DNA from: Patescibacteria group bacterium | Lineage (GTDB): Bacteria; Patescibacteriota; UBA1384; CAJBMM01 | NCBI GenBank assembly: GCA_041660565.1 | Contig: JBAZWC010000001.1 | Coordinates: 366,481-430,480 of the forward strand | Length of the DNA stretch: 64,000 nt | Reading direction: 5' to 3' | Shown: piece after piece, positions 1 to 9,100 of the stretch | Layout of the letters: each line of letters begins with the position of its first letter | Position numbering within the stretch: the first letter of the stretch is position 1 | Made by a program: the position numbers and the translations under genes | Notes under the pieces: model-generated | What the model was told of the DNA's origin: nothing | What the model saw: the letters and a program-made list of their open reading frames with translations, nothing else | The model's database searches: none

Positions 1-136
1 AAAGGAGACAATGGATGACCGAAGACGCCTAAAAAAGGATAACAAGGGATTGTAAAGGACAGCAAAGGGAGACAATGAAAGCCGTCCCATAGTTGCCCTT
101 AGGGATTCCCTAGCCATCCTAAGTATTCCTTTAATC

Positions 137-712
137 TTATTTCCCATTTTTGCCATCATTACCCTTATAATCCTTATGATATTTATCTTTCGTTGGATCG
201 TAGCCATTCTTTATTACATCTTGTAACCATTTCTCATCCTCGACAGCTTTTTTACCTTCTTCATAGCGGAGTTTGGCCAATCTTTGACTTTCTGAAATTA
301 GCCCTTGTTCCCCCACCATCACCTCAATTTTATCCATTTGATTTTTTAGCATTGTTTTTTCGCCCATGCACAGTTTGATTATTTTACTTATTTCCCCTAA
401 TGTCCCATCGCGATCCGTTACAATCCTTAACCCTCCCTTGATATCCTTTTCTAGAGCCATGCTATCCTCTAGTAATTCTAATAACGATCCGTTGGAAAAA
501 CCCAGAAATTCGTAATATTGCTTGGAATTGTTGCGCCCGTACCCTTCTGAAATGTTGCGAGTAACCGACCGTGCTGAATCTACCATGTGGCCAATGAGCC
601 GGCTGTCTTTGATGGGATGAAGGTTTGCAGCGGTAAATTGTTTTACTAATGCATATATTTCTTCACCTTGGGTGTATGTTAGCAAAGCTTTATAACCTAA
701 TGGGTTTCTCAT
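137..712 (-). CDS. Four-helix-bundle protein of the Avd / 23S rRNA intervening-sequence protein family, with a C-terminal Lys-rich extension
   Basis: NISEGYGR motif and helical pattern typical of TIGR02436/PF05635-like proteins (DGR Avd relatives). About 70 extra C-terminal residues. Confidence 0.7.
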   Translation of the reverse strand: MRNPLGYKALLTYTQGEEIYALVKQFTAANLHPIKDSRLIGHMVDSARSVTRNISEGYGRNNSKQYYEFLGFSNGSLLELLEDSMALEKDIKGGLRIVTDRDGTLGEISKIIKLCMGEKTMLKNQMDKIEVMVGEQGLISESQRLAKLRYEEGKKAVEDEKWLQDVIKNGYDPTKDKYHKDYKGNDGKNGK

Positions 713-730
713 AGGTCCCTCCAGTTTAAG

Positions 731-794
731 GATGATAAGGGATAGCTAGGGGTTACTATGGAACACAAGGCACCCTCGTTACCCCTCGCCATCC
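731..794. repeat. G-rich/C-rich imperfect palindrome (GGG...CCC hairpin family) upstream of the four-helix-bundle gene
   Basis: gatgataagggatagctaggggttac ... caccctcgttacccctcgccatcc. Same architecture as the elements at 13898, 14516 and 20226. Confidence 0.5.
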
Positions 795-859
795 ATTGAT
801 CTCCCTTGTTATCCTTCGTTGTTGCCATTTGTATTCCTTCATTTAAAATTTAAAATTAG

Positions 860-3800
860 TTATTTAATGTTCACTGTTCCTGTTCCAATATTTATGGTTC
901 CGCCGTTAATTTGGGTGCTTTTTACCGTGCCACCAAACGTCCAGTTGGTATTATTGGTGCCATCGTGGCTGGTACCATTGTTAGCCAAAATGGCACTACC
1001 ACCACTAACCGAAGCATCGGACCGCGAAACATTAACGTACGAGACGCTCTGCGTGCCGGTAACTTTGGTTAGCCAAGTACCAGATGTGGCAGAATTGCGG
1101 AAGAAAATCATCCTACCCAAACTACCCACCCAGTTGATATTGTTCCAAGTATAAGTATCGCCACTGTGGTACTGCACCCTACAACTTGGTGTGGTTATAG
1201 CATAGGTGTTGGTGGCTGTGGCGGCGGCACCAAAAATGATGCCGGGAACAAAGCCGGTGCGTTCATCGTCCGATGCATCGGTGCCAGACGGGTTAGATAG
1301 TGTTAGATTATAAAACGCGTTTGCGCCGGTCATTGTGCCGGAAAGCGTTTGCTGCCCCACCCCGTTCATATTTATTGTACCAGAGTTGGCGGTGAAAGTA
1401 CCCGAGTTGGTATAGTTACCGGAGACGGTAAGTGGGGCGGTTGATGAGGCGGTAAATAAGCCTTGGGAAGATATGTTCAAGTTTCCAAGGTTGAGGGTAC
1501 GGTCGTTTGTTTCGTTATCAAAGGTAGTAGTCCGAATATCGTCGCTCTTACCCACGTTCATGGTTGTGGCAGAAATTACGCCGGTTCCTCCGGTAGCAGC
1601 GGTAATGGTATAATTATTAGTTACTGAAGGGTTAGAGAAAGTTAAAGTGTCAAACACCCAGTTAAGCGCGCCACTGGTTGAGCCAAAATTCTTGGAGGCC
1701 ATAACCCGATTCTCTACCGTGCTCCCCGTACCCATATTAAAAGTGCCAGATCCAGAGATAGTACCGGGGACAGTGAGATCATTGTTCCCTCCAGAAACGG
1801 TGCCGTTGTTGATGAGATCAAAAGAATTGGATGCGATAGAGAGGGTGGAGTGGTTAGAAGCTCCTCCATCGAAGCTCATGGTAGTGGCTGCAGCTACGGT
1901 AACGGTGTCATCGTTTTGCTGAGGAGAAACTGTCTTGGTGGTGTTGGTATCACCCGAGGCATCCCACACTACGAAGGAATATTGGTCTCCCACCACATAC
2001 GCAGTTGGCGAGCCACCATCAATTTTAAAACTAACATTTACTCCCGCATTGGTATCAGTAAAAGTAGAACCAACGGTAGCGTTACCAACGCTTACCTCAT
2101 CACGATAGATGGCGAAGGTAGTAGCATCGGTGGCTGAGGCACGATAGGCGTAGGGACCGGCTGATAAATCGGAGGTACTAAGATCGTAGTTGAGGTCGGT
2201 GTCTTCCGTACCGGTACCATAGTAACTATGAACCGAAGCGGACTTTTCCCAAGAGTTTGAAGCATAATCATACTTGTCTGTTTCTTCGGCTTGAGGGGTC
2301 TCCGCAACAGCTGTTGGGGTGGTATACGCTCCCCAGATTTTGGTCACACCACCCGAGCCGGCATCTTTTTTAGAAATTATTCCAGAAGAATTTGCTGATG
2401 TAATCCCGTTAATTGTTGAAGTTAGTGTTGTATTATATAAGGTTAAATAATTGGATGAAGATGAAGCCCTAAAATCGTAAGTATTAGCTCCCAAACTTCC
2501 AAAGTTTCCGTTAATAATTGAATTTCCGGACGACGATAAACTAAGCTGAAATGCATATGTATTGCTGTAGAGAGATGGGGAAACGAAAATATTGTTATTA
2601 CTTGCCCCTAAATAATATAATCCGCGATATGAGTCATGTATTGTTAAGTTATTAAATATATTTTTCCCAACACTATTACCCAAATGGATTCCTTCTAATG
2701 CATAAGAGATATTAACGTTATAAAAATAGTTATTTGTAGACGTCCCTATTGATATTGGATACGAAGTATATCCAATTAGGTTTAGGTTTGATACAAATAT
2801 TCCGTTACCATTCAAACCAAGTGCTCCACGAATAATATCACTATCATAAATTTGGTTGTTGCTTGTCAAAGTTGGCGAACTAGATGTGAAAGTTGAATTT
2901 GAAACAATGTTCCCGCGACTCTGAAGACTTACAGCATGACCACTGTAAAACAAGCATTGATCGATCAAGTTATAGCCAACCCCGGTAATTATGTATATTC
3001 CTTGTTTATACGCTTGTTGAACTGTGGTCTTGACAATTCCTTTTGAGTAGGTTGCGTTATTATTTTTACCGCCACCTAAATACATGGCGTAGTTATTTTT
3101 TTTAATCCATGTGTAATTTACTGAAACTCCTTCGTTGGCATTTGCTCCATTAACAGCTCCTGTGGCAATACCGGCATAAATGCCATTTGTCCCCCTACCT
3201 AAATTACATACATCTGCATGGTTCATCACCGTTTCAGAACCAGTAGGCGCAGAATAGTATGGGGCTTTGGTGCTGTCCACTGTTGATGTGCATGCCGTAC
3301 CTGATTGGGCAGTCAAATGCGCAAACTGTTCGATCTCATAGTGATCAGTTGCTTGTAGCCCATCCGAAATATGGGCTGTGTGGCCAGTAGCAAGAGAAGT
3401 AATTGTGCCCGGATAGGGCACTACAGAAAAAGAGTCGAACGAGGAACCACAAGCAGCATCGGCATTAATTGAAGTTCTAATTAAAAAATAATCAGAAGAG
3501 GTTTCGTCATATAGGTACCTTCCGGCTTGCTGGTTGTCAGCCGTGATAAGAGTAGTTGAGTCAGAACAAACCTTGCGTCCGCTACCAGATCCCGATACTG
3601 TTTCGGTGAAGGAAGCTGAGGCGGTGGTAGTGTAGGTAAGCTCGGTGGTGGTGTTAGAGGTAATGGGGTAGATGAGGCCTTCAGCCAGTCCTGAGCTGAT
3701 GCGTAAATATTTATTGGCTTCGGAGTTTGTAGTCCACTCCGCAGAACGAGCGGTATCGGTGAGAGTGGTTTCGGTAGCTCCGGTTGAGGCTTGATCTGCA

Positions 3801-4693
3801 TAGTCCAGGGATCCGAGCATCTGTACCTTTCCCGTTGACTCGTTTTGGATGTAGGTGTCAGAGTTGGTGTTATCTGAGTTGAGCCTTAGGATGGTGTTCT
3901 TGTTGATAATAAGGTTACCCTGTCCTGCTCCAGAGGTGAAGCCAACCTCTACGAAGCAGTTGGTACAGTTAGCAGGAGAAGCGTTGTTGTTGATGTCAAT
4001 GGTAACGGTGCTTCCAGGGGCCAAACCACTCATGGTTTGCAGAGTGGCAGTGTAGCCTGAGGCATAGGCAATCTTAGTCTCGCCATTCACTTCAAGAGAG
4101 TCACCGGTACCGTTTCCAACTGTGACAGTGCCGTAGTTAATCACTAGGGTATCGGCAGCGTTAGCAGCTGAGACTATCATAGGATCTTCGATGGTCCAGG
4201 TAGGGTTGTTCCCTGATCCGGCGTCAAAGATCACCTTATAGAAGGAGCTGGTACCGTTGAGGGTTCCTGAGAGGGAGTAGGAGCCTGAGGTGGCAGTAAA
4301 CTTGACTGTACTGGTACTGGCGGTAAAGGTACCTAAGTTACTCCAGGAGCCGGTGGTGCTAATGGTGTAGCTTCCTCCATTTAAGGTGGCGCCGCTGTCT
4401 ATAGTTATTGATGTAACAGCCGCGGTGGTAACATCTACCGTGATATCTTGCGCCGCAGCAATCTGCACGCTGTCAGCGGTGGTGGGAACTCTGCCGCACG
4501 TCCAGCTGGCAGTGCTGTTCCAGCTACCGGCCCCGCCGGCTTGAGATACACAGGCAGAAGCATGCGTCGTTTTCGCACCAAAGAATAGCCAGAGAACACC
4601 AATAGTAGCGAAAACGAAAATTCTAAGCACGAAATTCGAAGCACGAAACAAATTCTTAAATTCAAAATTAAAAATACTTAAACTTTTATTCAT
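860..4693 (-). CDS. Giant secreted surface protein (1277 aa), Thr/Ser/Gly/Asn-rich with a parallel beta-helix (pectin-lyase-like) repeat region
   Basis: N-terminal signal peptide (…TIGVLWLFFGAKTTHASA). NNxI/GNxI beta-helix-like repeats around aa 560-760. Long ORF with coding periodicity. Start codon overlaps the stop of the upstream four-helix-bundle gene. Confidence 0.75.
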   Translation of the reverse strand: MNKSLSIFNFEFKNLFRASNFVLRIFVFATIGVLWLFFGAKTTHASACVSQAGGAGSWNSTASWTCGRVPTTADSVQIAAAQDITVDVTTAAVTSITIDSGATLNGGSYTISTTGSWSNLGTFTASTSTVKFTATSGSYSLSGTLNGTSSFYKVIFDAGSGNNPTWTIEDPMIVSAANAADTLVINYGTVTVGNGTGDSLEVNGETKIAYASGYTATLQTMSGLAPGSTVTIDINNNASPANCTNCFVEVGFTSGAGQGNLIINKNTILRLNSDNTNSDTYIQNESTGKVQMLGSLDYADQASTGATETTLTDTARSAEWTTNSEANKYLRISSGLAEGLIYPITSNTTTELTYTTTASASFTETVSGSGSGRKVCSDSTTLITADNQQAGRYLYDETSSDYFLIRTSINADAACGSSFDSFSVVPYPGTITSLATGHTAHISDGLQATDHYEIEQFAHLTAQSGTACTSTVDSTKAPYYSAPTGSETVMNHADVCNLGRGTNGIYAGIATGAVNGANANEGVSVNYTWIKKNNYAMYLGGGKNNNATYSKGIVKTTVQQAYKQGIYIITGVGYNLIDQCLFYSGHAVSLQSRGNIVSNSTFTSSSPTLTSNNQIYDSDIIRGALGLNGNGIFVSNLNLIGYTSYPISIGTSTNNYFYNVNISYALEGIHLGNSVGKNIFNNLTIHDSYRGLYYLGASNNNIFVSPSLYSNTYAFQLSLSSSGNSIINGNFGSLGANTYDFRASSSSNYLTLYNTTLTSTINGITSANSSGIISKKDAGSGGVTKIWGAYTTPTAVAETPQAEETDKYDYASNSWEKSASVHSYYGTGTEDTDLNYDLSTSDLSAGPYAYRASATDATTFAIYRDEVSVGNATVGSTFTDTNAGVNVSFKIDGGSPTAYVVGDQYSFVVWDASGDTNTTKTVSPQQNDDTVTVAAATTMSFDGGASNHSTLSIASNSFDLINNGTVSGGNNDLTVPGTISGSGTFNMGTGSTVENRVMASKNFGSTSGALNWVFDTLTFSNPSVTNNYTITAATGGTGVISATTMNVGKSDDIRTTTFDNETNDRTLNLGNLNISSQGLFTASSTAPLTVSGNYTNSGTFTANSGTINMNGVGQQTLSGTMTGANAFYNLTLSNPSGTDASDDERTGFVPGIIFGAAATATNTYAITTPSCRVQYHSGDTYTWNNINWVGSLGRMIFFRNSATSGTWLTKVTGTQSVSYVNVSRSDASVSGGSAILANNGTSHDGTNNTNWTFGGTVKSTQINGGTINIGTGTVNIK

Positions 4694-5064
4694 TACTTTT
4701 CCAATTTTTGAATAATTGATCCCAAAATTAACATTAGTTCTTTAGCTTCATTTTGTAGACTTGTTTTTTGTTTATCTGATTCGGAATTTTCTTCTACATA
4801 AATTAGATTTAACCAATAGCATGTTTCTTTAGCTTCTTTTCTAGAGATTTTCATTCTCATAACAAGATCTTTCTTGCTGAGTGAATCGTTAGCTTCAAGA
4901 TAGTTTGCTCCAATAGAACCAGAAGAACGAACGACTTGTTTTCCGTCCTCAATATTTGCAATTGTTTTAGGTAAATTACGGATAAACACCCTAACATCAC
5001 GGGCAAATTTAGCCGTTCTTTCTTCTAAGTCATAAATTGGGGTCGGATTTTGGTTCATTGTCAT
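4693..5064 (-). CDS. Four-helix-bundle protein (Avd / 23S rRNA IVS protein family)
   Basis: ERTAKFARDV…VVRSSGSIGANYLEA…SKKDL…KETCYWLNL is a near-textbook TIGR02436 pattern. Its TAA stop overlaps the ATG of the giant gene (TAATG, 4691-4695). Confidence 0.78.
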   Translation of the reverse strand: MTMNQNPTPIYDLEERTAKFARDVRVFIRNLPKTIANIEDGKQVVRSSGSIGANYLEANDSLSKKDLVMRMKISRKEAKETCYWLNLIYVEENSESDKQKTSLQNEAKELMLILGSIIQKLEK

Positions 5065-5078
5065 TTCTTGTTTTTAAT

Positions 5079-6155
5079 TTAAAATTTATGTGCTTTTAAT
5101 TTGTTTCGAATTTGGTGCTTCGTGCTTAGTGCTTTTCTAAACAGATGTTTTATGCCATTCCAAATACTTCGTCTAAATCTGATTATCGCAAAACAAACCA
5201 GTACTATCGCCCCCATCAACCACCACGGTAGAATCCAGATCACGCGCTCCGAATACATTGCCGGGAACCCGTTGACGGAAAAGATAGTTAGCTTGGCGGT
5301 GTAGCGGCCAAACATCAGACCGGAACCTCGCCATTTTGTGCTATACGAACCGGTGTTGTCGGGGTATAGCATTTTGCCGCTCGAACTGATCGCCGTAATA
5401 CCAACCTCATTATTCTTGTAGTTGTAAAATGTAACGTTTCCACTTGGACGAATGGCGGTGGTAGTTGGATTGGAAATGGTGGCGGACAACTTGAGCGTTG
5501 GCGTAAGCGCAACTCGACTGAGCGAGAAATTAGTGATACTTGGAGTAACAGACGCTACGGTTTGGTTTGGATTATAAACCGTTAGGCGAATGAATGCCGC
5601 GTCACCCACACCAAACTGCATCGCTCCATAATAACTACCGGGCTTAGCTGATTTTGGCACATACACAGAATAATTGACTTCGCCTTTTTGACTAGCGTTG
5701 ATAGTAATTTTGGGATTTGAAACAGTTATATAAGGAAGAGTTTCCGATTTATTAGCTTGAATAGTGTTGGTGCTATTTTCTGAAGCTAATTTTAGATCAC
5801 CGGATGCTTGGTCTGGTGCGGCGCCTGTAACAGTAGCGTTTAGATTTACCGTCGAAGTGGTTTGGTTGATAATGCGCACAACTTGATTTTGAAAGCCACC
5901 TTGTGCAAGCGAGATTTCAGCAGTAGTGGGATTTAAGAAAAGCGGCTGCGTAGATGCATGGGCTGATCCGGTTAAGATGGCGAAACCGACAAATATTCCG
6001 ATGGTAACCACCACAAAGGAACACAAGGGATCATGATGGATAATGGGGGAAGACAAAGTAGCCCTAGTTATCCTTCGGGCAGCTCTTATAATCCTTAGCC
6101 GTCCTTTGGTAAGAAGTTTAAAAATTAAAAATTGGGATTTGAGATTTATTTTCAT
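5079..6155 (-). CDS. Cell-surface protein with N-terminal signal/anchor and C-terminal transmembrane helix (DUF916/DUF3324-like architecture)
   Basis: Hydrophobic N-terminal segment, beta-rich Asn/Thr-rich ectodomain, C-terminal TM (ILPWWLMGAIVLVCFAIIRF) and basic tail. Lies between the two giant genes. Confidence 0.55.
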   Translation of the reverse strand: MKINLKSQFLIFKLLTKGRLRIIRAARRITRATLSSPIIHHDPLCSFVVVTIGIFVGFAILTGSAHASTQPLFLNPTTAEISLAQGGFQNQVVRIINQTTSTVNLNATVTGAAPDQASGDLKLASENSTNTIQANKSETLPYITVSNPKITINASQKGEVNYSVYVPKSAKPGSYYGAMQFGVGDAAFIRLTVYNPNQTVASVTPSITNFSLSRVALTPTLKLSATISNPTTTAIRPSGNVTFYNYKNNEVGITAISSSGKMLYPDNTGSYSTKWRGSGLMFGRYTAKLTIFSVNGFPAMYSERVIWILPWWLMGAIVLVCFAIIRFRRSIWNGIKHLFRKALSTKHQIRNKLKAHKF

Positions 6156-6160
6156 TTTAC

Positions 6161-9100
6161 CTAATTCAAGCTAATGTTTATCAACACAGATGGTAGGATA
6201 TTTGATGCGTTGGTTTTGACTGCGCCAAAGCAAGAGTTAACCGCACCAATTTCAGTTGAATCAACCGCGCCCGCCGTGGTGGAGGTAACAGCGCAAGTGT
6301 TACGAACAGCCCCAAAGATGGCTTTTACATAAGCTTGGCCGTTAGTCATCATTATTGCTTGGCCACTGGCCGAATTTCCAACCACAATTACTCCGGCGGC
6401 ACCGGTCATAGACGCTACGCCGGTTTGCTTGACTTGGTTGTCTGCCGAGGTATCATTAATAACTGCGCTGGCAGGCTCTGTGGCGGCTGCGGTGTTGGTA
6501 TAGACGAATGTGCCACCGATAAAGAACCTTGTATCGACTATGTTTGATACGGTGTTAATCCCCGTTGTCGCTTTGGCGATAACTACTGTTGGATAGTTAG
6601 CGTTGTACGCTGGCAAATCTACCGACTTATGCACTTCACAAGCTTGTCCGGTGGTTGAAGCGGTACCACTTGCAGTAAGGTAAACGTATTCAATAGACGA
6701 AGCATCCAACGCAAGGCTTGAATCAGAATTTACAACACAACGGGAAATCTTGGTTGGGCTGGAAATGCTGTCAGAGGTATAAACTGAGCCAGCGGCAATT
6801 TTAATATTAAGCCCAGCGTCTATGCTTGGTTTTAAGGCACTGGTGGCTGAAGTTAAATCTCCCGCTACTGTTCCAGAGTTTGGATCTACACCGACAATCG
6901 GCACACCCGGCAAGCTGTTGCCTGAGGCTATTTTACCTGTTACATCAACAGTAAACACCGATACTGAAGAGCTATTCTTTATGGATAGCAGATCACCAGT
7001 TTGATCTTGCGCTGCGCTGATTGCCAAGGCGGTATCGGCCGCATTTGCCGATCTAATTACCACCGATCCAGCGTTTACCGTACCAGCAGTTATGGTGGTT
7101 GCATTTAGCGTGGTAGTGGTAATTACCGTTGCCATGTTGTTTATCTGAGATTGTAGACTGGCGGTAGTAGTTAATAACGAATTAATCTTTGGCGTGGCGT
7201 CGGTGATAAAGGCATCGTGAGATTGCAATATTGGCAAGTAAAGTACGGCCAGTTGGTTGTATTTAACACCGGTTATCTCGCCTGCAGCATTTCTAATTAC
7301 CAAATCTGGCACGTGCTGGTCTGTTTCTTCAGCAATCAACCCAAAATCTTGTAATCCCGGGGTAGATGAATTTTGATTCCAGGTAAAGTTAACCGGCCGT
7401 AAGGATAAAATTGCACTGGAATCAATTACCTTGGTGGTGATATCGGTTTTATACTTTAGCGACGACGATTGCGGAATAATTGAGGTGCCATTTAAGACCA
7501 ATGCGGTTCCGGCTCCAGCTGCGGCCAGAGTAGCGTCTAATGTCCCTGTAATTGTGGCATTGCCGGTAACAGTTAACCCGGCTGCGGCTGTTAATTCTGT
7601 AACGTTATAAGTTACACCGGCAGTGTTAAGATTGACGATATCAGTACCGGTTCCAACTGTGATTGTCTTTCCACCGGTTGAAGTGATGGATGAGTTCTCG
7701 GCAAAAACCAGGTTGGACGCGTTACCAGACGCTCCTAATAATAACTGATTAGTACCGGTGCCTTGCAAAATCAAATTACCGCTTGAACTAGATATTATGC
7801 CATCAGTTCCATCGTGTGTTAACTGAACGTAGTCAGTATTATCCGAAGCATAAACCCGCAAGTAGTTTTGGGCGCTTGCCATATTGATGTTGGCGATTCC
7901 GGTTGACGCCTGTAAATTAACATCGCCGCCTTGCGCAATTAGCGAATATGCCGCAGCTCCGGTTGAGGCAGTGCCTGAATATGTACCGCCTGACAACGTC
8001 CCACCTGAAATTGTGGCGCCATTAATCGTACCGGCTGCGGTGATAACACCGGCTGAGGAAACTGCGAATTTTGACACACCATTCAATTGCGCATCGATAA
8101 GATTACCAGTAAATCCGGTAGCGGCGTTGACACCGATGCCAGTACCGGCAGTAGACCATCCTGTTGAAGTGGTACCGGCGGGTTCGACTAGTAGTTGAGG
8201 CTTGGTAGTGGTAGCATCGCCCCCCGAGAACCAAGTGCCCGTCAACAACGCGGCGGGAGTAGAAGCGGCACCGTTCGATTGGCTGATTAGCTGTCCGGCT
8301 GCAATCTGCAACGCATAGTTTGCCGTAGTTGCACCGGATGCGGTTAAGTAAGCGGCAACGTTAGTGCCGGAAGTTGCGTTGGTGTTTGTAACACTGGAAT
8401 AAAGTCCGTAAGCAGTGAAGGCGGTATTTGCGTTAGCCCCAGAAACGGCGATGTTAAGCGCTTTGCCTGATCCACTAGCTGTACCGGCGGTGGATGTAAC
8501 CGCCAAGTTAGCCAGATTGCCCGAAGTAAGCGAGCTTGACGAAACATCAACCAAATTTCCAGTGGTAAGAGAGTTGCCTTGAACAGACATCCCCGCAGAT
8601 GTGCCGGTTTGAGTGGTATTAGATGATGCCACCGCCAAGTTGCCGGTAATTGATTGGTTACCAACGATAGTGCTTCCGGTTGAGGTACTGGCACCAGCAG
8701 CTGAGATAGAGAATTTGGAAACGCTGTTTACTTGTAAGTCTAATAGATTTGCCGATTGTCCGGTGGCAGCGTTAACCAGTAAAGCTGTTGACGTGTTGCC
8801 GGAGTTGTTTACGACCAAACCAGTGGCTGCGGTAAGAGTAGCAACATTGTAGGTAACGGTTGCGACATTCAAATTAAATACATCAGCGCCATTTCCAACA
8901 GTAATAGTCTTACCACCTCCGTCGGCTCCACCTAGCGTTGAGCTTTCTTGGAATAACAAGTTTACCGCGGTACCGGTGCTACCTAAAATAAATTGGCTAG
9001 TGCCAGACCCGGTAAGTTGGAGCTCACCGGAGCTACTCGAAATAACTGCATTAGTACCATCATGAGTTAACTCAGCGTATTTTGTACCGGCCGAATCATA

